Positions 40,931 to 49,826 of a DNA stretch of 64,000 nucleotides are shown here, in pieces (position 1 is the stretch's first letter; each line of letters opens with the position of its first letter). The DNA comes from an uncultured delta proteobacterium (lineage in GTDB: Bacteria > Desulfobacterota > WTBG01), in contig CAWCBP010000008.1 in NCBI GenBank assembly GCA_963793865.1, positions 224,001 to 288,000 on the forward strand, written 5' to 3'. A model generated the notes under the pieces. The model was given only the letters and a program-made list of their open reading frames with translations. It ran no database searches and had not been told where the DNA came from. A program made the position numbers and the translations under genes.

Positions 40931-43300
40931 TTATGGTGCGTTTAAAAACAGCCTGTTCTGTTTCAGCTTCGCGATCTGCAGAAGATACTTTACCAGCGTA
41001 AGGAGTGTCCGGGAACCATAGATGACGCTGTTTGAAAAGTTGATGGATGACGCCTCATCAAAATATCTGACCGGAACCGGAACATCCCCGATTCTGAATC
41101 CGTAGTAAACCGCCTGCACCAGGAATTCGGTGTCAAACACAAAACCGTCGGAGTTATTATGGTAGGGTATGGTTTCCAGAACCGTGCGATGATAGGCGCG
41201 GCACCCGCTGTGAAAGTCGGAGACATTCTGCCCCAAAACGATGTTTTCGATGAAGGTTAACAGGCGGTTGCTGATATACTTGTACTTGGGCATGCCGCAT
41301 TGCAGCGCTTCCGTTCGTGTTCTGATCCGTGAGCCGAGAATGACATCACAGATGCCCTTCTCGATGAAACCGGCAATGTGCGGGATGAGTCTGCTGTCAT
41401 ACTGATAGTCGGGGTGGATCATTACCACGATGTCGGGATTTCGCTTGAGCGCCTCATCATAGCAGGTTTTCTGGTTTGCGCCATAACCCCGGTTTTCAGG
41501 GTGCACGATGACGGTGAGGCCGAGCTTACGGGCAATTGCCACCGTATCATCGCTGCTCGCATCGTCAACCAGGATTATTTCATCCACCGCGCCCGGGGGA
41601 ATGTCATTATAGGTTTTTTCCAGGGTTTCAGCCGCGTTATATGCAGGCATCACGATGATGATCTTACTGTGCTCCGTTTCTCGGCATGCTTCCGTCCGTG
41701 TGGTTAGGGGTGAGCGGTTGAGCTTGATCAGAATCAAATCACTATTTTCGAAGATGATTTCCCCCATGCTTTGTACATCATCCACCAAGCGCCGGTCAAT
41801 CTGAAAATTGAGATAGTAATTATTTATCCGGTTGACCTCATTTTCTTTCATCCGGTCAAAATTAAGCAGCAGATGGGTGGCCGCGTACTTGCTCGCGATC
41901 CGCTTCCTTTCCGCCAGAGACGTGGCTGGATGATAAAAGCACACGGCGTCGGCCACCCGCTGGTCATTGTCGGCAACCAGCGGGTTATTATGATAGAGGG
42001 CGACAATTTTTGCGCCGGTAAAAGCGGGCAGCAGCCAGGAGGTGAGCGGGTCGGAGAGCACAATGTCCCCCTCGGCTATTTTGCCCTTTAGAAGCAAATA
42101 GTTGTCGAGCGGATTCCTGTACCGGGTAAGCGCCGGTCGCGGTTTAAAATTGATCACGAACCCCGCCTGCTCACAACCCAGTTTGGCGAGCTGGTAGCCT
42201 ATGCTCAGGAGGGCTATAATCATAAAAAAAAGCACATGCAGGTTCTTTTCATTGAGGGTGGCGAAGGTCTCACGCATGGCCCGGGGCGACACGATGTTAA
42301 GTCTGCTCAGGTACCAGGCAAGGGCGAGGTGCAGGAAGACGATGGCGAAAAAGATATACCGCTCCCCCAGACGGATATTGACTGCATAGGAGAGGACGTA
42401 GATCGTGGCACAGAGAATAAAGCCGCGGCTGATGACAGCATATTGTTTCTTGATGAGAAAGAACAATACAACCGGCAGGCCTAAGAGGGCGGGGCCCATC
42501 CGGTAGATATTTCTGATTTCGTAGAGGTAGGTGCGGAACGGGTAGTACCAATCGGTGGAGGTGCTTGCGATGAGTGCATCCCAAAAGGGGTGATACGGCC
42601 AGAGCAGGGCCGCGGCAAGGATGATAACCAGGCTTACTGCAAATAAGAGGGCATGTTTCAGCCTCTTTTCTCCCTCGCTGCCGACATGCAGCCCTGCGCC
42701 CAGCAGAAAAAAAGAAGCGGTGAGCGGATGGGTGAGGAAGATGAAAACGGCGAGGGCGAGGTAAAGAAAATAGTAGCGCAGTTTTTCACTCCGCGCATAG
42801 CTGAGGATCAGATAGAATCCCAAAAAGCTGAGGTTAAAGGTGACGGTGGAGGGATAGAACAGGGAATAGGTTAAGAACCGCAGGCTGTACTCATTGCTGT
42901 AGTTAAAAGGCATGCCCCAGAAAAAAAGAAGCGTCAGCAGCAGGTAGCAGGGGGCTTGTTCGTCGTTGAAATAAGCCGCGCCCCACCAGTATAGTCCTGC
43001 TAAAAGCAGGAGAAAACTGAGGAGGGAGGCCAGCCGGATGACGGTAAAGAGCTCCAGCCGGCTCCATTGTTTGAACCATGCCAGGATGAAAATATAGGGG
43101 GTGTAGCGCAGGGTGGTTGACCCGTCCGCGGCCAGCAGCGGATTGGCGGGGGATGCGAGATTGCCGGACATCTCCCGGATGCTGGCCGCATGCTCTCCGA
43201 AATCATACAGTTCAATGAGGGGTCCCCGCCGGTTGCCGAACGTGACACCTGCCACAATAAAAAGAAGGACCAGAGCGGCGCAAAGATATGTACGTTCCAT
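40931..43300 (-). CDS. Multi-TM GT-C-like protein joined in frame to a GT2 polyprenyl-phosphate glycosyltransferase (DPM1-like)
   Basis: N-terminal DFGEH..LRYTPY..HPLT..GERY; C-terminal VMPAYN, VDDASSD, NRGYG, HPDYQY, GSR, FVFDTE. Confidence 0.8.
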   Translation of the reverse strand: MERTYLCAALVLLFIVAGVTFGNRRGPLIELYDFGEHAASIREMSGNLASPANPLLAADGSTTLRYTPYIFILAWFKQWSRLELFTVIRLASLLSFLLLLAGLYWWGAAYFNDEQAPCYLLLTLLFFWGMPFNYSNEYSLRFLTYSLFYPSTVTFNLSFLGFYLILSYARSEKLRYYFLYLALAVFIFLTHPLTASFFLLGAGLHVGSEGEKRLKHALLFAVSLVIILAAALLWPYHPFWDALIASTSTDWYYPFRTYLYEIRNIYRMGPALLGLPVVLFFLIKKQYAVISRGFILCATIYVLSYAVNIRLGERYIFFAIVFLHLALAWYLSRLNIVSPRAMRETFATLNEKNLHVLFFMIIALLSIGYQLAKLGCEQAGFVINFKPRPALTRYRNPLDNYLLLKGKIAEGDIVLSDPLTSWLLPAFTGAKIVALYHNNPLVADNDQRVADAVCFYHPATSLAERKRIASKYAATHLLLNFDRMKENEVNRINNYYLNFQIDRRLVDDVQSMGEIIFENSDLILIKLNRSPLTTRTEACRETEHSKIIIVMPAYNAAETLEKTYNDIPPGAVDEIILVDDASSDDTVAIARKLGLTVIVHPENRGYGANQKTCYDEALKRNPDIVVMIHPDYQYDSRLIPHIAGFIEKGICDVILGSRIRTRTEALQCGMPKYKYISNRLLTFIENIVLGQNVSDFHSGCRAYHRTVLETIPYHNNSDGFVFDTEFLVQAVYYGFRIGDVPVPVRYFDEASSINFSNSVIYGSRTLLTLVKYLLQIAKLKQNRLFLNAP

Positions 43301-43453
43301 GAATGCCCGTGTGACTTTTTCTGCCGGTGCGGGTTTGCCGGGATGTCTTTTATAATCCGATGGGGTGATTCAGCACGGAAATACAGTGATGCCCATTATA
43401 GTCTGATATGTTAATCGAAATCAAGGGAAAGGATGTGCCTGATGATAATAAGC

Positions 43454-43469
43454 AGGCGTTATTTTTGCG
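43454..43469 (+). promoter_or_regulatory. Candidate sigma54 promoter for the DUF4956/VTC/CotH operon
   Basis: AGGCGTTATTTTTGCG = GG-N10-GC with GGC and TTGC cores, about 175 bp upstream of 43644. Confidence 0.35.
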
Positions 43470-43643
43470 AAAATGGATTGAGGCGGAGATCATGTTCACC
43501 TCAGCACGGGATGTTCGACACTGACTTTGAACTTGCTATTTAAGGCTTTTTTTGTTACATGAATCAGCACCATTTGCCTTTTTATCCGGCCTTCAGGCGA
43601 CGCAGTACGTGTGTATGAAAGCGCATAACGATCAAAGGCACTT

Positions 43644-44315
43644 TTGATGGATTTGCTGACACTCCATATTACCCTGAGCTCGCTGTGGAGGTTGCTCATA
43701 CTGCTTGGCGTGTCTCTTGCCTCGGGGCTGCTGCTTGCGCTGGCCTATCAAGCCGGGAGCAGAAGGGATCAGCAGTCTTCACTTCCCTTTGCCTGGCTGC
43801 TGGTCATTATGCCTTCGCTGGTTGCGGTTATCATTTTTATGGTTGAAGACAATTTTCTGCGCGCCATTTCCCTGCTCGGCGCGACAACCATCATCCGTTT
43901 CAGGAATCCGGTTAAATATCCCCTCAATACCATTCTGGTGCTTGCCACGGTGGGCACCGGCGCAGCAGCGGGCTTCGGGTTCCACCTGGTGTCGCTGATG
44001 CTCGCGCTGCTCTGTTTTCTGTTGCTGTTTGTTGATGCACGCTTCCTGCACCGGGAGGGTGGGCATGAAAACCGTGTTCTCCATCTGAGCTGCCACCGTT
44101 CCAGCCATCCCGATCAGGTGTTCCTCGGCACGGGTACGTGGCTGCGGAAATGGACAAAATTGCGCATCGAGGCAACTGCCGTGAGCGATGATCTCAGCTG
44201 GTACTACCAGGTGCAATTGCGCAAGGGGGTGCCGATACAGGACCTGGTGGGGCACTTTCAGCGTCATGGCATTACAGCGCACATCCTCGAACCACGCGAT
44301 CTGGCGGAATTTTGA
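43644..44315 (+). CDS. DUF4956 membrane protein (divergent copy)
   Basis: RAISLLGATTIIRFRNPVK, GAAAGFG; N-terminal TMs plus small C-terminal soluble domain. Confidence 0.85.
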   Translation: MMDLLTLHITLSSLWRLLILLGVSLASGLLLALAYQAGSRRDQQSSLPFAWLLVIMPSLVAVIIFMVEDNFLRAISLLGATTIIRFRNPVKYPLNTILVLATVGTGAAAGFGFHLVSLMLALLCFLLLFVDARFLHREGGHENRVLHLSCHRSSHPDQVFLGTGTWLRKWTKLRIEATAVSDDLSWYYQVQLRKGVPIQDLVGHFQRHGITAHILEPRDLAEF

Positions 44316-45067
44316 AAGGTGAGCCCATGTTTTTCCGGCCACGCTATGAGCTCAAGTATCTCATCCCCGCTTCGCGTGCACATGCTATTGCAGGCAAGCT
44401 GACCGGCCGCTGCCATCAGGACGACAACGGGCAGGAAGGCTCGTATATTAATGAATCCCTCTACTTCGACTCCCCCCTGTTTGATTTTTATTTTCATAAG
44501 CGGGACGGGGTAAAACTGCGGAGAAAGGTGCGCGTCCGGCGCTATGGAGATACCGGCCCCTGGGAAAGGGTTTTTGTGGAAGTGAAGCGCAGGAACGGGC
44601 AGTATATTGAAAAGGGCCGCTTCCCCCTGGCCGGGGATATGCTCCCCGTGCTTTTTAATCCTTCGCACAGAAGTGACATCGGTCAGGGTTTATCGCCCGC
44701 GGCGCTGCAGGTATATAATGAGGTGCTCTCATTAGCCCAGCTCTATCAGCTGCGTCCGGCCATTTTCATCCGCTACCGGAGGCGCGCGTTTTGGGCTGAA
44801 GGCGACGAACGCCTGCGGATCACCTTTGATTCAGACCTGTGTTATGACCTGGTAAACCGGGATTGCTCGCGCCCGCTTGAAAACACCCGGTTTATCTTTG
44901 ATGCCGACCTGATGGTCATGGAAATAAAGGCCAACGGGCGGGTTCCCTTCTGGGTGCTGCAGCTCATTCAGGAGTTTGAGTGTCAGATGACCCGCCTTTC
45001 CAAATATTGCCTGGGCATTGAGCATGCCCACGACATGGCCGGCAGGAGCGTGGAACGCCCGCGGTGA
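44312..45067 (+). CDS. VTC-domain polyphosphate polymerase-like protein (CYTH/TTM fold)
   Basis: RYELKY, SLYFD, KVRVRRY, FVEVKRR, YRRRAF, RITFDSDL, VMEIK, SKY. Confidence 0.9.
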   Translation: MKGEPMFFRPRYELKYLIPASRAHAIAGKLTGRCHQDDNGQEGSYINESLYFDSPLFDFYFHKRDGVKLRRKVRVRRYGDTGPWERVFVEVKRRNGQYIEKGRFPLAGDMLPVLFNPSHRSDIGQGLSPAALQVYNEVLSLAQLYQLRPAIFIRYRRRAFWAEGDERLRITFDSDLCYDLVNRDCSRPLENTRFIFDADLMVMEIKANGRVPFWVLQLIQEFECQMTRLSKYCLGIEHAHDMAGRSVERPR

Positions 45068-45162
45068 AACATTCTCAGCCGGGCGCGGTGAGCCGGCACA
45101 CGCCGAGCGAGGATAAGCTGCTGCTGCAGCTCCCGGATCAACTCATGAGGTAAGGGAAAACC

Positions 45163-45843
45163 ATGGAAGCCTTCACAGCATTTTTAAATTTTCAGCACGT
45201 CACCTTCGCGGGACTTGTGACCATCCTGGTGCTGAGCACGGTTCTCTGCATGATCAGCGCAACGGTGTACCGGTACTGCATGCGCGGCGCATCCTATTCG
45301 CAGACGTTTCAGCAGACCATCGTGCTCATGGGCATCATCGTGTCGGTGATCATGCTCATCATCGGGAGCAACATCGCGCGCGCCTTCTCGCTGGTGGGTG
45401 CCCTCTCGATCATCCGCTTCAGAACCGCCATCAAGGACCCGATGGATGTGGCCTATCTCTTCTTTTCCATGGCGGTGGGCATGGCCTGCGGGACCCAATT
45501 CTATGGCGTCGCCATCGTGACCACCTTTTTCATTTCCGCGGTGATCATTCTGCTCACCCGGCTGAATTTTGGCAGCAAGATCTTTCCCGAGCATTTTCTG
45601 GAAATGCAGTTTGTCACCGGGTCTGATCCCCATGCGCTCCTGGCCGGCTGTCTGGAGGAGTTTACCATCCGCTCAACCTGCAACCGCATCGAAACGGTTA
45701 TGGGCGGCGCAATGCTTGAAACGAGCTACACCCTGCAGCTCAAACCCGGGGTGTCGGAGAACGATTTTCTGGGCAGGCTGCGCGAGATCAACGGCAATAA
45801 TAAAGTCAGGTTGATCTTTAAATCGCCGGGATTTGAAATTTGA
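45163..45843 (+). CDS. DUF4956 membrane protein (canonical copy)
   Basis: IGSNIARAFSLVGALSIIRFRTAIKDPMD, GMACG. Confidence 0.92.
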   Translation: MEAFTAFLNFQHVTFAGLVTILVLSTVLCMISATVYRYCMRGASYSQTFQQTIVLMGIIVSVIMLIIGSNIARAFSLVGALSIIRFRTAIKDPMDVAYLFFSMAVGMACGTQFYGVAIVTTFFISAVIILLTRLNFGSKIFPEHFLEMQFVTGSDPHALLAGCLEEFTIRSTCNRIETVMGGAMLETSYTLQLKPGVSENDFLGRLREINGNNKVRLIFKSPGFEI

Positions 45844-45852
45844 AAGGATGAG

Positions 45853-48603
45853 GTGGCAAGAATCAGACCGGTGAAACAAAAGGCATTGCTGATAGCGGTA
45901 ACCGTGCTTGCCGCGTGCATGACCGGCGCTGTGCTTCTGGATGCATACTGCAGAAGTGTTTTCCCCGGAGCACTCTATGCCAATTACAGGAATTTTCTGG
46001 CGCACTATCTCAGGGAGATAGTGCTTCAGGGTTTGATCATCTCCCCCGCCGAAAACGCGCTCTTCACAAAGCAGGAAAATCTCTCCACCACCCGGCTGCC
46101 GGTCTGGGAAATCAGCCTTAAGGGAGAGAAGCTGGCCGCGCTGAACCGGGACCTTCCGGCAAGCGGGCAGGTCTATCAGTCCGGCACCATCCGCATTAAC
46201 GGCGCTGCTTATCCCGCGCGCTTTCGCTTCCGGGGCGACAGTTTCTGGCACTGGATGAGCAAGCAGAAGTCGTGGAAGATCCGCTTGAAGGATGATGCCC
46301 GCTTTGAGGGAAAAAGGGAATTTAATCTGGTCAACCCCAAGTCGACCACGGCGCTGCACTGGCCGGTGGCCTCGCACCTCGCCCGTTCGATGGGATTGCT
46401 CACGCCGCGGGTGGAGCACGTGCACGCCCGTTTAAACGGCCGCTATCTGGGGGTTCTCTACCTCCTGGAGAATTTTGATCACACCTTTACCGTGCACAAT
46501 GGGTTGCCGGAGGGCGCCCTCTACGAAGATGAAGCGCGGGGCCTTTTTAACCCTTCCTGGGAAGAACTCAACAATTGGAACATCAGGCCGCCTGACTCCA
46601 ACCAGAAGCGCCAGGCCGGCACCACCCCCGCCGACGCTTACGAGCAACACCTCAGTCAGCTTTTGGGGCTTTCCCGGTTGAGCGACGAGGCGTTGTTTTA
46701 TCAAAAGCTGGGCGAGCTGGTTGACCTCGAGCAGTATCTCGCCTGGTGGGCCCACGCCATTTTGTGCTTCGATATACACCAGGACCGTCAGCATAACAAC
46801 CGGCTTTATTTTGACCCCACCGCCGCGAAGTTCCGCCCCATTCCCTGGGATACCCTGATCGGCATTGATCCGCAGAGCACCATAGATCTGGATATGAATC
46901 CGATTGTAGCGCGGCTGTTGCAATCTCCTGAACTGATTCATCAGAGAAACAAGGTGCTGTGGGAGGCGCTGCAGGGACCGGTGCAGATTGACAAAATTCT
47001 GGCATGGATTGACAGCACGGCGGAGCTCATCAGGGAGGACATCTATTGCGATCCCTATAAGGACGCCCGGTTTTTTACCCTTGCGCCATTGGCGAGTCTG
47101 CAAACCGGGAAAATTCAGCTCACCCAGTGCATGCTGCCGGTATCCAACAGAATGTTTGAGCGGGATGTGCGGGTGATGAAGGACTTCTTCATCAAGCGAA
47201 GCATATATCTCCAGGAGGTCCTTGCCGCCTCTGAAACCGAGCTGTGGTTTGGACCGCCCCGGTCTTCGGATAATCCGGAGGGGGGGTCCGCTCTCACCCT
47301 GGGAGAAGTCGACCTGCGCATTGCCGGCCAGGCGGGAGTGGTGGTCAGGGAAATCCGGGTGGCCATGCCGTCCCTGCCCGTGGATGCCCGGCTGGTGCTG
47401 TTCTACGGCAATAACCGGCTGCTCATTCAAAAGGCGGGCACGAGGATCAGCGATGACGGCACACCGGACGCGGCGGTATATGCCTTTGAGCTTGATGAGC
47501 TTCTGCTTCCCGGAAGGACGACAGAGGCCCCCCATGGCCCGCAGGCGGTGAGCTATTCATTCACGGTGGCCGTCAATGGTGCGGTCGTTTCTCCGGGCGC
47601 CCCACACTATGCTGAGGCAAGAGGGGAGCACGCATTAACCCGGCAGGGTATTCTCCTTAAGGTCCCTTTTGCCGCCGCCGCGGGGGACAAGGCCGGTGTG
47701 CCCCCCGGCAGGTTTCAAAAACCCGCGCGTCCGGCGGAGCGGGTGGTCTGGCAGGGACGGGTGATCGTCGAGGCGGATAGACGCATAGGCGCGCATGAGG
47801 TGCTGATCATCGAACCGGGAACAGAGGCAGTCTTTGCTGAAGGCGCGTCGCTCCTGTCCTACGGAAGGGTCGAGGCCGTCGGCACTGAGCAGGCCCCGAT
47901 TCTTTTTACCCGTGCCCCGGGCGCCGCTTCATGGGGCGTCCTGGCCGTCCAGGGATCAGCCGCCGACGGTTCGGTTTTTGAGCACTGCATCTTCGAACAT
48001 AGCGGTGAGGACGAGGTTGACCGGGTTCATTACAGCGGGGCACTGTCGCTCTATAATGCAGATGCGAAGGTTACAAATTGTGTGTTCCGTTTCAGCCAGG
48101 GCGATGACGGGCTTAATACCAAATTCTCTACCACTGATGTTGTTCGCTCAGTCTTCCTTGACAATAAGGCAGATGCCTACGATTTGGATTTTTCCGGCGG
48201 ACTGGTGGCATGGAACAGTTTCGAAAACAATGGCAACGACGCCATCGATTGCGGCACCTCACATCCGACGATCAGCAACAATCGCATTCTGTCGGGAGGC
48301 GACAAGGGTATTTCTATCGGAGAGAGGTCACGGCCGGTGGTGGAGAACAATTTCATCGCCCGCTGTCCGATCGGCATCGCGGTGAAAGATCAATCGCAGC
48401 CGGTAATCCGGAAGAACGAACTGGTGTCCAATGCCGTCGGGGTGAGCGCCTACCAGAAGAAGAAGGTTTTCGGCGGCGTGCATGCCACGGTTGCGCAGTG
48501 CACGTTTAAAGGGCAGGGAAAACCGTATGAGACCGATGCGGTATCCTCCGTCGCCCTGGTGGATTGTGTCATTGAAGATACTGCATCCCTAACCGCTAAG
48601 TAA
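45853..48603 (+). CDS. Membrane-anchored CotH kinase family protein with C-terminal right-handed beta-helix
   Basis: FRGDS, KSWKIRL, LNGRYLGVLYLLE, HNNRLYFD..FRPIPWD; C-terminal GDDGLN, DAYDLD, NDAID, GDKGISIGE, IGIAVKD. Confidence 0.88.
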   Translation: MARIRPVKQKALLIAVTVLAACMTGAVLLDAYCRSVFPGALYANYRNFLAHYLREIVLQGLIISPAENALFTKQENLSTTRLPVWEISLKGEKLAALNRDLPASGQVYQSGTIRINGAAYPARFRFRGDSFWHWMSKQKSWKIRLKDDARFEGKREFNLVNPKSTTALHWPVASHLARSMGLLTPRVEHVHARLNGRYLGVLYLLENFDHTFTVHNGLPEGALYEDEARGLFNPSWEELNNWNIRPPDSNQKRQAGTTPADAYEQHLSQLLGLSRLSDEALFYQKLGELVDLEQYLAWWAHAILCFDIHQDRQHNNRLYFDPTAAKFRPIPWDTLIGIDPQSTIDLDMNPIVARLLQSPELIHQRNKVLWEALQGPVQIDKILAWIDSTAELIREDIYCDPYKDARFFTLAPLASLQTGKIQLTQCMLPVSNRMFERDVRVMKDFFIKRSIYLQEVLAASETELWFGPPRSSDNPEGGSALTLGEVDLRIAGQAGVVVREIRVAMPSLPVDARLVLFYGNNRLLIQKAGTRISDDGTPDAAVYAFELDELLLPGRTTEAPHGPQAVSYSFTVAVNGAVVSPGAPHYAEARGEHALTRQGILLKVPFAAAAGDKAGVPPGRFQKPARPAERVVWQGRVIVEADRRIGAHEVLIIEPGTEAVFAEGASLLSYGRVEAVGTEQAPILFTRAPGAASWGVLAVQGSAADGSVFEHCIFEHSGEDEVDRVHYSGALSLYNADAKVTNCVFRFSQGDDGLNTKFSTTDVVRSVFLDNKADAYDLDFSGGLVAWNSFENNGNDAIDCGTSHPTISNNRILSGGDKGISIGERSRPVVENNFIARCPIGIAVKDQSQPVIRKNELVSNAVGVSAYQKKKVFGGVHATVAQCTFKGQGKPYETDAVSSVALVDCVIEDTASLTAK

Positions 48604-48614
48604 AGGGCGGTCAC

Positions 48615-49739
48615 ATGAGAGGGACACTGCGGCTTTGCCTGATCCTGATAGTTGTATGCCTCTGGTTTCCCGGCAATGCCCGGTGCCGGCAGCGGAACGG
48701 AGAAGAGGGTTTTTTCATGGTTTCAGGCCACCTCTATGACCTGTCCCGGGAGGTGGGAGTAAAACAGGAGTTTTTAACCAGGGCCATTCCCTTTATCAAT
48801 AGCACGAATCCGGACTTTCTCATCCTCACCGGGGATGTTGTGTTTGCGGTTACCAATCAGGGGCCCCGTTCCCTCGAGACAATCAGGGCGCAATACCGGT
48901 ATCTCGTTCCCACGGTATTTGATAAGATCGCCACAAAGATTTATTCAGTGGCGGGAAATCATGATACGGGCAAGAATCCCTATCCGCCCGCGGTGGAGCT
49001 TTTTGAAAAAAACCTCAATCCACTTTCCTTTACCTTTGAACACAAAGGATCGCTCTTTCTCTTTCTCTCCCTCTACCGGCCCTTCCCCCATATGGAAACA
49101 GGCAGCGCCTTTTCCCGCATAACCCGCGTATGGGCTGATTATGATACCGCAGCGTCCCGGGCCCTTTTAGATGAACTGAGAAGCAGACTGCAGGGGAAAT
49201 ATGACCATATTTTTATCTTTATGCATTTTTCTCCGCTGACCGAATTTCGCATCGGCTATTATTGGACCAATTATCTTGTGCCGCTTCTCTCGTCTTTGGA
49301 GCAGGATGTTCATATATTTTCAACCTCGCAGCTTGCCAAACCGCCCTTTGCCTTCCCCGAAAATCAGGTGGTTGCTTTTAAGAACCTGCGCTTTTATTGT
49401 TTCGCGGAATTTCCGGTCGGGAGCTACCTGGTTAATTATGAGGCCGAAAAGGTCAGGGTGCAATTGATGCGAGGCAGCAATTTTGCGTCTTCTCCCCTGA
49501 AGGAAACGCCTTACCGGCCGACCACCCGGTTTTCAATGCTTAAGAGTCACCTTTATTTCTGGTGCATCCTTGTCCCCAAGGGAAAACTGAAGCAGTATTG
49601 GCTGGAATATGCCGGTATCATTAGCAGGTTGTTGAAAAAGTGGTTTTCCCAGGCTGTTCAAAAACAGCCCAGGTGCAAGGCACGCGAAATCCTGAGGAAT
49701 GAGGCGTACATGCGAGTACGCTGCAATGACGAAGGATGA
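48615..49739 (+). CDS. Exported metallophosphoesterase-like protein; C-terminus replaced by MITE sequence
   Basis: Signal peptide; LILTGD, VAGNHD, IFMH; first and last canonical metal motifs are altered. Confidence 0.7.
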   Translation: MRGTLRLCLILIVVCLWFPGNARCRQRNGEEGFFMVSGHLYDLSREVGVKQEFLTRAIPFINSTNPDFLILTGDVVFAVTNQGPRSLETIRAQYRYLVPTVFDKIATKIYSVAGNHDTGKNPYPPAVELFEKNLNPLSFTFEHKGSLFLFLSLYRPFPHMETGSAFSRITRVWADYDTAASRALLDELRSRLQGKYDHIFIFMHFSPLTEFRIGYYWTNYLVPLLSSLEQDVHIFSTSQLAKPPFAFPENQVVAFKNLRFYCFAEFPVGSYLVNYEAEKVRVQLMRGSNFASSPLKETPYRPTTRFSMLKSHLYFWCILVPKGKLKQYWLEYAGIISRLLKKWFSQAVQKQPRCKAREILRNEAYMRVRCNDEG

Positions 49740-49775
49740 GCGTAACGCAGGGGATGGATGTTTTTCAACAGCCTG
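49625..49775. mobile_element. MITE (151 bp) with 15-bp terminal inverted repeats and TTAG target-site duplication
   Basis: CAGGTTGTTGAAAAA / TTTTTCAACAGCCTG (14/15 match); TTAG at 49621-49624 and 49776-49779; second partial copy at 12502. Confidence 0.88.
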
Positions 49776-49826
49776 TTAGAAAGTATTTTAAACAACTGCT
49801 CCAGTGTTTATGAAAGCAGCTTTGCC

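Noticed and set aside
45853..48603. CotH as evidence of sporulation
   Set aside because: CotH-family kinases are widespread outside spore formers, and no sporulation genes are in the window.
49758..49826. N-terminal extension MFFNSLLES of the ArnT-like ORF
   Set aside because: The ATG lies inside the MITE; the likelier start is 49827.
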